DNA from: Candidatus Woesearchaeota archaeon
Lineage (GTDB): Archaea > Nanobdellota > Nanobdellia > Pacearchaeales > GW2011-AR1
Direction: 5' to 3'
DNA length: 64,000 nucleotides
Assembly (NCBI GenBank): GCA_964448605.1
Contig: CAYUZV010000005.1
Coordinates: 1,465-65,464, forward strand
A program made the translations under genes and the position numbers. Numbering within the stretch: position 1 is the stretch's first letter; each line of letters begins with the position of its first letter. Below the pieces are notes generated by a model that searched no databases, was not told the origin of the DNA, and was given only the letters and a program-made list of their open reading frames with translations. Shown piece by piece: positions 42,873 to 51,957 of the stretch.

Positions 42873-43103
42873 ATGCCTAAAAAAACCTTGTCAAAATCTC
42901 CTAAGAAAAATTCTCGGAAAAAATCTCAAAAAATTACAGGAACTTCTATTGAAAAACAAATTGAGGAATTTGGAGAAGATATTGCAAGAGAGGCTGATGA
43001 TGTTGAAAGATGGGTTGTTGAGAGGAAAAAATTTTTAATAAAGTTGGGATGGGTTATTGCTTTTGTTACAATTCTTTTAATTATTGCTTATTTTTTGGGT
43101 TGA
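42873..43103 (+). CDS. Small C-terminally anchored membrane protein, hypothetical
   Basis: Basic N-terminus and TM helix LGWVIAFVTILLIIAYFLG. TATA 42844-42851 lies 22 nt upstream, so the mRNA would be leaderless. Confidence 0.5.
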   Translation: MPKKTLSKSPKKNSRKKSQKITGTSIEKQIEEFGEDIAREADDVERWVVERKKFLIKLGWVIAFVTILLIIAYFLG

Positions 43104-43192
43104 TTGAACCATAAATTCTGATTCAATAATTAGAAATGTAACATCTACATATTAGTAGCCTTTGATTTTGATTAATTTATAAATAAAATTTT

Positions 43193-45007
43193 GTGTGTCC
43201 TAGGTTTAGCATTTTCGAAAGTCTTATAGACTCTTCTATAATAAGAATATTAATAAGGTTGTTTGATTTATATAATAAAATGAATGAGCAAGGAAATATT
43301 CCTGAAACTGTAATGATTACATATAATTACTATAAGGAAGGCAAATCAATAAAAGAAATTGCGAAAATAAGATCACTAGCTAAAACGACAATTCAAGGAC
43401 ATTTTGAAAAATTAATATTAAATGAATTAGTTAAATTAAATGAAATTGTTGATGAAGACAAAAAAGAAAAGATTTTATTAGTTTTAAGAAAAGAATTTCT
43501 TGGAAGTTTAGAAGAAATAAAAAATAAATTAGATAATAACGTCAGCTATGGAGAAATTAAATATGTTTTAGCTTTTCTAAAATTACAAAAAAGAGAAAAG
43601 AATAAAAAAAAGAGTTTTCAGGAAGAACCTCAAATAATTCCTGAGAGAGAATTAAGGAACCCTCCACAATTTAACAAAGGGATATTAACAGTTAAAGAAC
43701 TTACAAAATATATTAAAAATATTTTAGAATCAGATAGTAAATTAGATCATATTTTTGTAAAGGGCGAAATATCTAATTTTAGAAAAGTATCTTCAGGACA
43801 TATTTATTTTATTTTGAAAGATGAAGAAAGTCAAATTAGATGTGTGTTTTTTAGTAGATCTAATAAAAAATTGGATTTTGAAATTGAAGATGGAATGAAG
43901 GTTATTGTAAGAGGGAGTGTTGAAGTTTATATGCCTCGAGGAGAATATGATATAATTGTGGAAGAAATGCATCCAGATGGTTTAGGAGTCTTGCATTTAG
44001 CATTTACTCAATTAAAAAAGAAGTTAGAAAAAGAGGGTCTATTTTTAAATCAATATAAAAAAATTATTCCTAAATTTCCAAAAAAAATAGGGGTTATCAC
44101 TTCTGAATCAGGGGCTGCATTGCAAGATATCTTAAAAGTTTTAAGAAAAAGATATCCTATTGTTAGAGTACTACTTTTCCCGACACTTGTTCAAGGCGTA
44201 GAAGCTACTGGTTCAATAGCAAGGTCTATTGAATTAGCAAATCAATTTTCAGATATTGATGTTATTATTCTTGGCAGAGGTGGGGGATCTTTGGAAGATT
44301 TATGGTCATTTAATAAGGAAATAGTTGCAAGAGCAATATTTAGATCTGAAATTCCTATTATTTCAGCAGTAGGGCATGAAACTGATTTTACAATTGCAGA
44401 TTTTGTTTCAGATAAAAGAGCACCCACTCCCTCAACTGCTGCAGAGATAGCTGTTCCAGATATCAGTGATCTTTATGTTCAGATAAAGCACTTACAAAAA
44501 AGATCTTTTTCTTCTGTTCAGAGCATTCTTAACTTGTATAGATCCCAGATAGATCAGATTAGCAGTAGAGTAATTTTTAAGAAACCTTTAGAAATCGCCC
44601 ATAAAAATTATAGGAAATTAGATCAAATTTCTTCTAATTTAAAAAATATAATTATTGAATATATCCAGGGTAAGAAAGAGGAATTGCGAGTAATTGAGTC
44701 TAATTTTATTACCTTAAATCCAAAAGCTAAATTGCAATCTTATAGAATGGAATTGAATCAAAAATCATATAAGTTAATAAGTAATTTACGAAAAATTATA
44801 GAATTAAAAAGAAAGAATCTAGAGTTACTTCAATCAAAAATTGAAGCCTTAAATCCAAAAGCAATCCTAAAAAGAGGGTATGGTATTATAACTAGTAAAA
44901 ACAAAATCTTAATAAACTCCTCAGACATAGAGAAAGGAGAGGATATTAATGTTATCTTACATAGGGGGAAGATAGATGCCAAAGTTAAAAAAACCTACCT
45001 TGAATAA
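43193..45007 (+). CDS. xseA: Exodeoxyribonuclease VII large subunit with N-terminal HTH extension
   Basis: OB-fold region VKGEISNFRKVSSGHIYFILKDEESQIRCVFF, catalytic region IGVITSESGAALQDIL, ILGRGGGSLEDLWSFN, SAVGHETDFTIADFV.D.RAPTPS and a coiled-coil tail. The likely start is ATG 43280. Residues about 30-150 carry an HTH (KSIKEIAKIRSLAKTTIQGHFEKL). Confidence 0.85.
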   Translation: MCPRFSIFESLIDSSIIRILIRLFDLYNKMNEQGNIPETVMITYNYYKEGKSIKEIAKIRSLAKTTIQGHFEKLILNELVKLNEIVDEDKKEKILLVLRKEFLGSLEEIKNKLDNNVSYGEIKYVLAFLKLQKREKNKKKSFQEEPQIIPERELRNPPQFNKGILTVKELTKYIKNILESDSKLDHIFVKGEISNFRKVSSGHIYFILKDEESQIRCVFFSRSNKKLDFEIEDGMKVIVRGSVEVYMPRGEYDIIVEEMHPDGLGVLHLAFTQLKKKLEKEGLFLNQYKKIIPKFPKKIGVITSESGAALQDILKVLRKRYPIVRVLLFPTLVQGVEATGSIARSIELANQFSDIDVIILGRGGGSLEDLWSFNKEIVARAIFRSEIPIISAVGHETDFTIADFVSDKRAPTPSTAAEIAVPDISDLYVQIKHLQKRSFSSVQSILNLYRSQIDQISSRVIFKKPLEIAHKNYRKLDQISSNLKNIIIEYIQGKKEELRVIESNFITLNPKAKLQSYRMELNQKSYKLISNLRKIIELKRKNLELLQSKIEALNPKAILKRGYGIITSKNKILINSSDIEKGEDINVILHRGKIDAKVKKTYLE

Positions 45008-45224
45008 TTCAAAAAATATTCCTTTTGAAGAGAAATTAGAAAAACTTAAAGAAATTGTTGAAGACTTAGAAGATGGAGAAACTCCCTTGAGGGAATCAAT
45101 GGATAGTTATCAAAAAAGTTTAAATCTTATAAAAGAATGTTATGCTGAACTTGAAGATGCAGAACTGAAGATTGAGAAGATTATGAAAAAAGAAGGAAAG
45201 ATTATTTCTGAATCATTGGAATAA
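44976..45224 (+). CDS. xseB: Exodeoxyribonuclease VII small subunit
   Basis: FEEKLEKLKEIVEDLEDGETPLRESMDSYQKSLNLIKECYAELEDAELKIEKI is the typical XseB helical hairpin. It overlaps the xseA 3' end. Confidence 0.8.
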   Translation: MPKLKKPTLNNSKNIPFEEKLEKLKEIVEDLEDGETPLRESMDSYQKSLNLIKECYAELEDAELKIEKIMKKEGKIISESLE

Positions 45225-45322
45225 TATTTCTTTGTGAAATCAAGCATCAATAAAAATTGCAACTCTCTCTTTTTGCATAGAATTATATTGAAAAGAAAGT
45301 TATAAAGATTTATGTGAAAGTT

Positions 45323-45610
45323 TTAGTGGATTTTCTCAAATCCAAATTCATTATGTCCGAATTGAATTGTTAAGTCTATGTTTTTTATTTGTGGAATGTC
45401 GCAGGCACCAAAGCAAGAGCCAAGCCAGATGAAGAAATTGGATTTTGTGTTTTCTTGTAAATAGTTGGTGATTTCTAATACATAAAGTTTTAATCCATCT
45501 GGAAATTGAAGAAGAATTTTTTTATAATTGTGTTTTTTTATAGTATTTAAAATTTTATTTAATTCTAAATCATAGATTTCATTTATTTCCTGTATTGATT
45601 TTTTTTGCAT
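45323..45610 (-). pseudogene. dph2: Diphthamide synthesis Dph2, N-terminal fragment only (95 of ~330 aa)
   Basis: YDLELNKILNTIKKHNYKKILLQFPDGLK...GSCFGACDI...DLTIQFGH matches the Dph2 N-terminus. The ORF stops 10 aa later, and no continuation is seen in any frame before the xseB stop. Confidence 0.6.
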
Positions 45611-45691
45611 TTCTTAGATGGGGATGAGGGTATAAAATTGTTTTGGTGAAAGCAACATAAACTTTAAAACCCTGATTATCCTGAAAAATTC

Positions 45692-48016
45692 ATGAGTGAT
45701 AAGTATGATTTTAAGGAAGTAGAAGAGAGACTGAAAAATTTTTGGGAAAAGGAAAAGGTTTATAGATTTGATAGTTCGAAGAAGGGAAAAGTTTTTAGTG
45801 TGGATACTCCTCCTCCAACTGTTTCTGGGAAAATGCATATTGGACATGCTTTTTCTTATTCACAACAGGATTTCATAGCTCGTTTTAGGAGAATGAAAGA
45901 AAATGTTTTTTATCCATTTGGAACAGATGATAATGGGCTTCCTACTGAAAGATTGATTGAGAAAACTAAAAAGATTAAGAGCAAAGATATGAGTCGAAAT
46001 GAATTTATTAAATTATGTTTGAAATCATTAAAAGAGATAACTCCTGATTTTATTGAGGATTGGAAAAAACTTGGTATAAGTTGTGATTATGATGTTTATT
46101 ATTCAACTATTGATGGAGATTCAAGGAAGATTTCTCAAAAAAGTTTTATTGAATTGTTTAAAAAAGAAGAAATTTATAAAAAGGAGTTTCCGACAATTTG
46201 GTGTCCAGAGTGTCAGACACCTATTGCACAGGCAGAGTTAGAAGATAAAGAAGAGAGTAGTTTATTTTCAACTTTGAAATTTAAGTGTGAGGATAAAGAG
46301 ATTTTAATTGCAACTACTCGTCCTGAATTGCTGGGTGCTTGTGTTTGTGTTTTTGTTAATCCTGAAGATAAAAGATATAAAGAATTGATTGGGAAAAAAG
46401 CTAAAGTTCCTTTGTTTGATTTTGAGGTTCCTATAATTGCTGATAAATCTGCTGAAATGGATAAGGGGACAGGAGTTTTAATGGTTTGTTCTTATGGTGA
46501 TAAATATGATGTTGATGCAATAAATCGTCAGAGTTTGGAGCCGAAATTGATTTTGGAAAAAGATGGTAAAATTAAAAATGGAAAGTATGAAGGATTAAAA
46601 GTTAAAGAAGCTCGGAAAAGGATTTTAGAAGATTTAAAAGATGCTGATTTGATTAAAGAACAGAAAGATATTTCGCATGTTGTTAATGTTCATGATAAGT
46701 GTGGGACTGATATTGAGTTTTTGACAACAGAGCAGTGGTTTATTAAAATTCTTGATAAAAAGAAAAAGTTGATTGAGGAGGGCAGGAAGATTAATTGGTA
46801 TCCAGAATATATGTTTAAGAGATATGAAAATTGGGTTGAAGGTTTAGAATGGGACTGGAGTATTTCTCGTGAGAGGCATTTTGGAATTCCGATTCCTGTT
46901 TGGAATTGCGAATGTGGTGAGATTATTGTTGCAAGAGAGGATGAATTACCTATCGACCCTTTGCAGATTAAGAAAAAATGTCCTAAGTGTGGAAAGAATG
47001 CTAAAGGAGAAGAAAAAGTTTTAGATACCTGGGCAACTTCATCTTTAACTCCTCAGATTGCTTCTGCATTGGTTGATGGGGGGGTTAAGATTCCTTTTTC
47101 ACTTCGTCCACAAGCACATGATATAATTAGGACTTGGGCATTTTATACAATTGTTAAATCATTTATGCATGAAAATAAAATTCCCTGGGAAAATGTAATG
47201 GTTTCTGGTTTTGTTACATTAAAGGGCCAGAAAATGAGCAAGTCAAAAGGAAATGTTATTGCACCTCAGGAAGTTCTTGAAAAATACGGAGCAGATGCTT
47301 TAAGATTTTGGGCTGGAGGTTCTAAGTTAGGAGAAGATTTAGATTATCAGGAAAAAGATTTGGTTACTGGTAAAAAGTTAATTACAAAATTATGGAATGC
47401 TTCTAAATTTGTTTTTATGAATTTAGAGGATTATTCAGGTAGGAAGCCTAAAAAATTGGAAAAGGTTGATGAATTGTTTTTGAATGAGTTGAATAAGTTA
47501 ATTAAAGACTGCACTAAATATTTTGAAGAGTATGAGTATTCAAAAGTTAGACAGGAAGTTGAGAGATTTTTTTGGAGTATGTTTTGTGATAATTATTTGG
47601 AGATTGTTAAGAAAAGAATTTATAATGAGGAAGGTGATAAAAAGAAATCTGCACAGTATGTTTTGTATGAAAGTTTGTTGAATATTTTGAAATTGCTTGC
47701 ACCAATTATGCCTTTTGTTACAGAAGAGATTTATCAGAAATATTTTAAGAAAGATGTTGGTGAGAAGAGTATTCATGTTTCAGATTGGCCTTGTTTTAAG
47801 GATGGTTTGAAGGCAGGTGGTTTAGATTTGCTAATTGATATTTTGAGTCGTGTTAGACAGGCAAAAACCTCTGAGAAAAAGTCTATGAAGTCGGAAATTG
47901 TTTTGAGTCTTGAGAAGAAGGAAATTAAATCTCTTGGTGAAATGATTGAAGATTTGAAAGATGTTACAAATGCTTGTGAGGTTAAAGAGGAGGGGTTTGG
48001 GGTGGAGTTTATTTAA
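45692..48016 (+). CDS. valS: Valyl-tRNA synthetase
   Basis: PPPTVSGKMHIGHAF (HIGH), an editing CP1 insertion, KMSKSKGN and a C-terminal helical domain. 774 aa. Confidence 0.85.
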   Translation: MSDKYDFKEVEERLKNFWEKEKVYRFDSSKKGKVFSVDTPPPTVSGKMHIGHAFSYSQQDFIARFRRMKENVFYPFGTDDNGLPTERLIEKTKKIKSKDMSRNEFIKLCLKSLKEITPDFIEDWKKLGISCDYDVYYSTIDGDSRKISQKSFIELFKKEEIYKKEFPTIWCPECQTPIAQAELEDKEESSLFSTLKFKCEDKEILIATTRPELLGACVCVFVNPEDKRYKELIGKKAKVPLFDFEVPIIADKSAEMDKGTGVLMVCSYGDKYDVDAINRQSLEPKLILEKDGKIKNGKYEGLKVKEARKRILEDLKDADLIKEQKDISHVVNVHDKCGTDIEFLTTEQWFIKILDKKKKLIEEGRKINWYPEYMFKRYENWVEGLEWDWSISRERHFGIPIPVWNCECGEIIVAREDELPIDPLQIKKKCPKCGKNAKGEEKVLDTWATSSLTPQIASALVDGGVKIPFSLRPQAHDIIRTWAFYTIVKSFMHENKIPWENVMVSGFVTLKGQKMSKSKGNVIAPQEVLEKYGADALRFWAGGSKLGEDLDYQEKDLVTGKKLITKLWNASKFVFMNLEDYSGRKPKKLEKVDELFLNELNKLIKDCTKYFEEYEYSKVRQEVERFFWSMFCDNYLEIVKKRIYNEEGDKKKSAQYVLYESLLNILKLLAPIMPFVTEEIYQKYFKKDVGEKSIHVSDWPCFKDGLKAGGLDLLIDILSRVRQAKTSEKKSMKSEIVLSLEKKEIKSLGEMIEDLKDVTNACEVKEEGFGVEFI

Positions 48017-48489
48017 TTATATTTTCTGAATATTGAATAGATATATAATATTATTGAAAATGTGAAAGTTAGTAAAGAAAAATAAATGGTTGAAGGATTG
48101 AAACATTCTACTGATGTTGTATACAAAGTGTAGAAAAAAGAGGATGTTGCGAGAAGATAGGAAAAATTGTTTATGATGTCATTTAATTTATTCATTTTAT
48201 ATAAAATTTTTTATGAATGCAAATACTATCATTATAAAAACTAATATTGCTAATATTAACAAGGTTAAACCAATTACATCTTTGTTTTTTTGTTTTTTCA
48301 TTTTAAAGATAGGAGTTTATATTTTATAAATTTTTCATTATCAGGTGTAAGTTAAATGGAGTTGTTGTAGGTATCTATTATTAATAAGAAGAGATTGGAT
48401 TAATTTGTACTATTACAACATATGTCATTGGATTGCACAAGACAATTATAATCAGAAACCCTTAAAAACTAATTTCTTATTATTAAATT

Positions 48490-48663
48490 ATGGTAAAAAA
48501 ATGTTCAGTTTGTGATGAGAGGATTGAAGAAGAATTTGGAAAAATGAAAGGGACAATGCTTCGGATTAAAAACGAAAAAGGGAAAAATGATTTTATTTAT
48601 GTTTGTTTGAATTGTCAGAAAGAAGAGGGATGGATTGAGAAAGCGAAGGTTAGGGGAGTTTAG
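48490..48663 (+). CDS. 57-aa zinc-ribbon protein (putative)
   Basis: MVKKCSVCDERIEEEFGKMKGTMLRIKNEKGKNDFIYVCLNCQKEEGWIEKAKVRGV has CxxC...CxxC. It is below the ORF-track cut-off. Confidence 0.4.
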   Translation: MVKKCSVCDERIEEEFGKMKGTMLRIKNEKGKNDFIYVCLNCQKEEGWIEKAKVRGV

Positions 48664-49064
48664 TTGATTATTGTGAGTTCTATTTTTCTTTCTCGTGATT
48701 GAGTGTCAAAATCAACAAGACAGATTTTTTGCCAGGTTCCTAATTCTAAGGAATTATTTTTAAAAGGAATTGTTAGTTCTTGTTTGTTAATTGTTGAGAG
48801 AATATGTGAGTGTGCATTGTCGTCGTGATTGAGCTCATTATGAAGGTAAGGATTATTTTTTGGAACTAATTTCTTAAAGAAATTTTTTAAATCTTTTATT
48901 ATTCCTGGTTCATATTCTGAAATTGTTAAGGAAGCTGTTGTGTGTTTTAGAAAGATATGAACAAGTCCTGATTCTTTTTTTGATTCATAAATAAACAAAT
49001 GAATTTTTTCAGTTATGTCAATTATGTCTATTTCTTCTGATGTTGATATTTTTATCTCTGTCAT
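48660..49064 (-). CDS. YjbQ/UPF0047 family protein (secondary thiamine-phosphate synthase-like)
   Basis: GLVHIFLKHTTASLTISE.EPG...DL..F...VP.......H......NAHSH......G..L.IP...G.L.LGTWQ.I.L. Confidence 0.75.
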   Translation of the reverse strand: MTEIKISTSEEIDIIDITEKIHLFIYESKKESGLVHIFLKHTTASLTISEYEPGIIKDLKNFFKKLVPKNNPYLHNELNHDDNAHSHILSTINKQELTIPFKNNSLELGTWQKICLVDFDTQSRERKIELTIIN

Positions 49065-49098
49065 TAATATTTAAAAAGTTCAATTACTTAAAAGATTT

Positions 49099-49440
49099 AT
49101 GGAATTGTTGTTTGAAGAGGTGTTTAAGAAAATTTTTAGAATGAAAAAAAATTCTATGGCTTTGACTATGATTATTAATTTTTTGATGTATTTGATTATT
49201 ATTGTAATTGTTGTTTTGATTATTTTTGCAATTATTACTGGAAAGTTTTATCTTATTGCTTTTATTTTTGGATTGATTTTTCTTGCTGAAGTTGCTCATT
49301 TTATCAGAAAGCATAGAGAGAGAAAATTTGTTCAGAGAAATGAATATAAATATGGAGTAAGAGATGCGATTAGAGGAGGAAATAGAAATAAAAATCTTCT
49401 TAAGGTTGATAAAACTAGAAATAAGGGGTTGATAAAATGA
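49099..49440 (+). CDS. Membrane protein, first gene of pilin-like operon
   Basis: Two TM helices and a basic tail. ATGA overlap with the next ORF. Confidence 0.45.
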   Translation: MELLFEEVFKKIFRMKKNSMALTMIINFLMYLIIIVIVVLIIFAIITGKFYLIAFIFGLIFLAEVAHFIRKHRERKFVQRNEYKYGVRDAIRGGNRNKNLLKVDKTRNKGLIK

Positions 49441-49919
49441 AAAAAGGGCAAAGTATTTTTGGAATGTCGTTTGGAGTTATATTTTCTCTGATTTTGATTG
49501 TTTGCATTATTGTTGTAGGAGTTATTGTTGTGATTAAATTTTTGGATGTTCGGGATTGTGGACAGATAAAATTATTTATTGATGATTTTCAGGATTCTGT
49601 GAATAGTGCTTGGAGGTCTGAAGAATTAAGTAAGAGTTTTGAGGGAAGATTAAATAATATTGAATATGTTTGTTTTATTGATTTAGAAAAAGATTTGAAT
49701 GGAAGGTTTGTTGAAATGGGCAGAGAAATGAGTGATTATTCTGATGAAAATATGTTTCTTTATCCTATGAAAAATGCTTGTGTTCCTAATCATAGAATTG
49801 AGCATTTAGATATTAGTGAAATTACTTTTCAGGATAATCCTTATTGTGTGAATGTTGATGGCGAGATAGTTATTAATATTGAAAAAGAAATGGGTGAAAG
49901 TTTGGTAAAGATTTATTAA
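49437..49919 (+). CDS. Class III signal peptide (pilin-like) protein, Cys-rich
   Basis: MKKGQSIFGMSFGVIFSLILIV has a KKG|Q prepilin-type site followed by a hydrophobic helix. The mature part has 4 Cys. Confidence 0.6.
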   Translation: MKKGQSIFGMSFGVIFSLILIVCIIVVGVIVVIKFLDVRDCGQIKLFIDDFQDSVNSAWRSEELSKSFEGRLNNIEYVCFIDLEKDLNGRFVEMGREMSDYSDENMFLYPMKNACVPNHRIEHLDISEITFQDNPYCVNVDGEIVINIEKEMGESLVKIY

Positions 49920-50822
49920 ATGTTTTTTCTTAGTTTTTTTATGAAAAAAAGAGGATTTGCAATGACTTTTAACTGGATGTTTGCAATTATAGTTGGTGTT
50001 GTGTTTTTGTTTCTGGCTATTTATGGAGTTGTTAAATTTATCAATGTTGGTGAGAGTGTTGTTTCAACTGAAAGTTCTGCTGAATTAGTTAATATTTTAA
50101 ATAATTATGGAAGTATTGGTTCTGGGATTTTTAATTCAATAAATTTTGATAAAGATGTTGAAATTTATTTTGATTGTGATTTCTTAAGCAATCGTCCTTT
50201 TGGAATGCAAGAAGTCAGATTTTCAGAAAGAGGAGAGGGTATTGAATTTTATGATAAGTATGTTTTTGCTGAAAAATTGGAAGGAAAGAAAATTTATTTA
50301 TTTTCAAAACCTTTTGAATTAGGTTACAAAGTTGGTGATTTGGTTATGATTAGTTCTGAAGAATATTGTTTTAAGGGATTTCCTGATTATATAAAAGATG
50401 AAATTGATGATGCTGAAAATATTGGATTTGGTGATTGTTCTGGTGTTGAAGTTTGTTTTGGTTCTTCAGGATGTGAAATTGATGTGATTGAAATTGAGAA
50501 TGGATTAGGCAAGGTTATGAAAGGGAGTGAGGAATTATATTATATTGATAATCTTGTTTTTGGTGCTATATTTTCTTCTTCTGAAAATTATGAGTGCAAT
50601 GTTCAAAGATTAAAAAATAGATTTAATGAATTGGTTTTAATTTATAAGAAAAAAATAGAATTATTAGAAGACAAGAAATGTAATTCTAAATTAGATGTTA
50701 AGATTGATTTAATGAGGAGCAAGTATGTTGGTTCTTCTGAAGATTTAGTTGATTTGAAAAATCTGATTGATGAAATTGAAGAAATAAATAATGTGCAATC
50801 TGAAGGTTGCGAGGTTTGGTAG
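49920..50822 (+). CDS. Class III signal peptide (pilin-like) protein, Cys-rich, 300 aa
   Basis: ..MKKRGFAMTFNWMFAIIVGVVFLFLAIYG. 8 Cys, including GDCSGVEVCFGSSGCEID. Confidence 0.55.
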   Translation: MFFLSFFMKKRGFAMTFNWMFAIIVGVVFLFLAIYGVVKFINVGESVVSTESSAELVNILNNYGSIGSGIFNSINFDKDVEIYFDCDFLSNRPFGMQEVRFSERGEGIEFYDKYVFAEKLEGKKIYLFSKPFELGYKVGDLVMISSEEYCFKGFPDYIKDEIDDAENIGFGDCSGVEVCFGSSGCEIDVIEIENGLGKVMKGSEELYYIDNLVFGAIFSSSENYECNVQRLKNRFNELVLIYKKKIELLEDKKCNSKLDVKIDLMRSKYVGSSEDLVDLKNLIDEIEEINNVQSEGCEVW

Positions 50823-50891
50823 ATAACAAAGTTCGCTTATGCAAACTTTGAATTTTCCAAATACATTGAAGATTCAAGGAGTATTTGAAAA

Positions 50892-51389
50892 ATGAAGAAA
50901 GGACAATTACGGATTCAGGAGATGTCATTTATGCTTGTGGCTGTAATTATATTTTTTGCAATGGTTGGATTATTTGGAATTATGATTTTAAGGTCTAATC
51001 TTCAGGGAAGTGTTGATATAATTCAGGAAAAGAAAGTTTTGTCTACTTTAAATTTTCTTGCAAATTCTCCTGAGTTAAAATGCAATGATAAAAATAATTG
51101 TGTTGATTTGTATAAACTGATTGGTTTGATGGATAATTCGAATTATGAAAATTTCTGGCCTTTTTCAAGTTTAAGTGTTGTTAGGTATTCTGGATTTAAT
51201 AAAAGTGTTTTAAGGAATTGTGTTGGAGATATGAGTGATGATTGTGATAGAATTGTTGTTTATGATAAAGATATTGTTAATGAAAAGAAGATTTCTAATT
51301 TTGTTATTTTGTGCTGGACTGAATATGAAGATTATTATACTTATGAAAAATGTGAGATTGCAAAGATTGTTGCAGGGAGAGAGATATGA
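50892..51389 (+). CDS. Class III signal peptide (pilin-like) protein, Cys-rich
   Basis: MKKGQLRIQEMSFMLVAVIIFFAMVGLFGIMIL. Cys pairs LKCNDKNNC and RNCVGDMSDDC. Confidence 0.6.
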   Translation: MKKGQLRIQEMSFMLVAVIIFFAMVGLFGIMILRSNLQGSVDIIQEKKVLSTLNFLANSPELKCNDKNNCVDLYKLIGLMDNSNYENFWPFSSLSVVRYSGFNKSVLRNCVGDMSDDCDRIVVYDKDIVNEKKISNFVILCWTEYEDYYTYEKCEIAKIVAGREI

Positions 51390-51907
51390 ATCGTAAATGC
51401 CAACAGGAAATAGCAGGATTTGTTGTTATAGTTGTAGTTGTTATTATGATTGGTTTAATATTTTTTTCATTTAGTATTGGTTCTGGAGAAAGTGTTGAGA
51501 CAAATAGTGTAGAGATTGAAAATTTGTTAAGTGCAAGTATGGGGCATATCAGTTCTTGTGCAATAAATTTTTATCCTCAATATTTAGATATGGAAGAATT
51601 AATAAAAGAATGTTATGATAATGGAAGGTGTTTAGATGATAGAGATGCTTGCGAAGTTTTGAATGAAGAGTATTTGGATTTAATTGAAAATTCATTAGAT
51701 ATTGGGAATGAAAGAGTTAATAAAGGATTTGAATTGAAAATTTTATACAAGGATTTGGAATTAGATGATGAAGGTTATGAGATTGTTCCTGTTTTTCAGA
51801 AAGGAGAAATGGAAGGTTGTTCTTCGAGAGTTGGTGCAAGCAAGTCAATTGATGTTGGTTTTGGTTCTGGTGTTATTGGTGTTGAATTGAGAGTTTGCAG
51901 GGGATGA
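51386..51907 (+). CDS. Pilin-like/N-terminally anchored Cys-rich protein
   Basis: MNRKCQQEIAGFVVIVVVVIMIGLIFFSF. ATGA overlap with the upstream ORF. KECYDNGRCLDDRDAC is present. Confidence 0.5.
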   Translation: MNRKCQQEIAGFVVIVVVVIMIGLIFFSFSIGSGESVETNSVEIENLLSASMGHISSCAINFYPQYLDMEELIKECYDNGRCLDDRDACEVLNEEYLDLIENSLDIGNERVNKGFELKILYKDLELDDEGYEIVPVFQKGEMEGCSSRVGASKSIDVGFGSGVIGVELRVCRG

Positions 51908-51957
51908 TAAGGTTTAAAATATATTTTCAAGAATAGTTTTATTTTTAAAGAGTTTTA

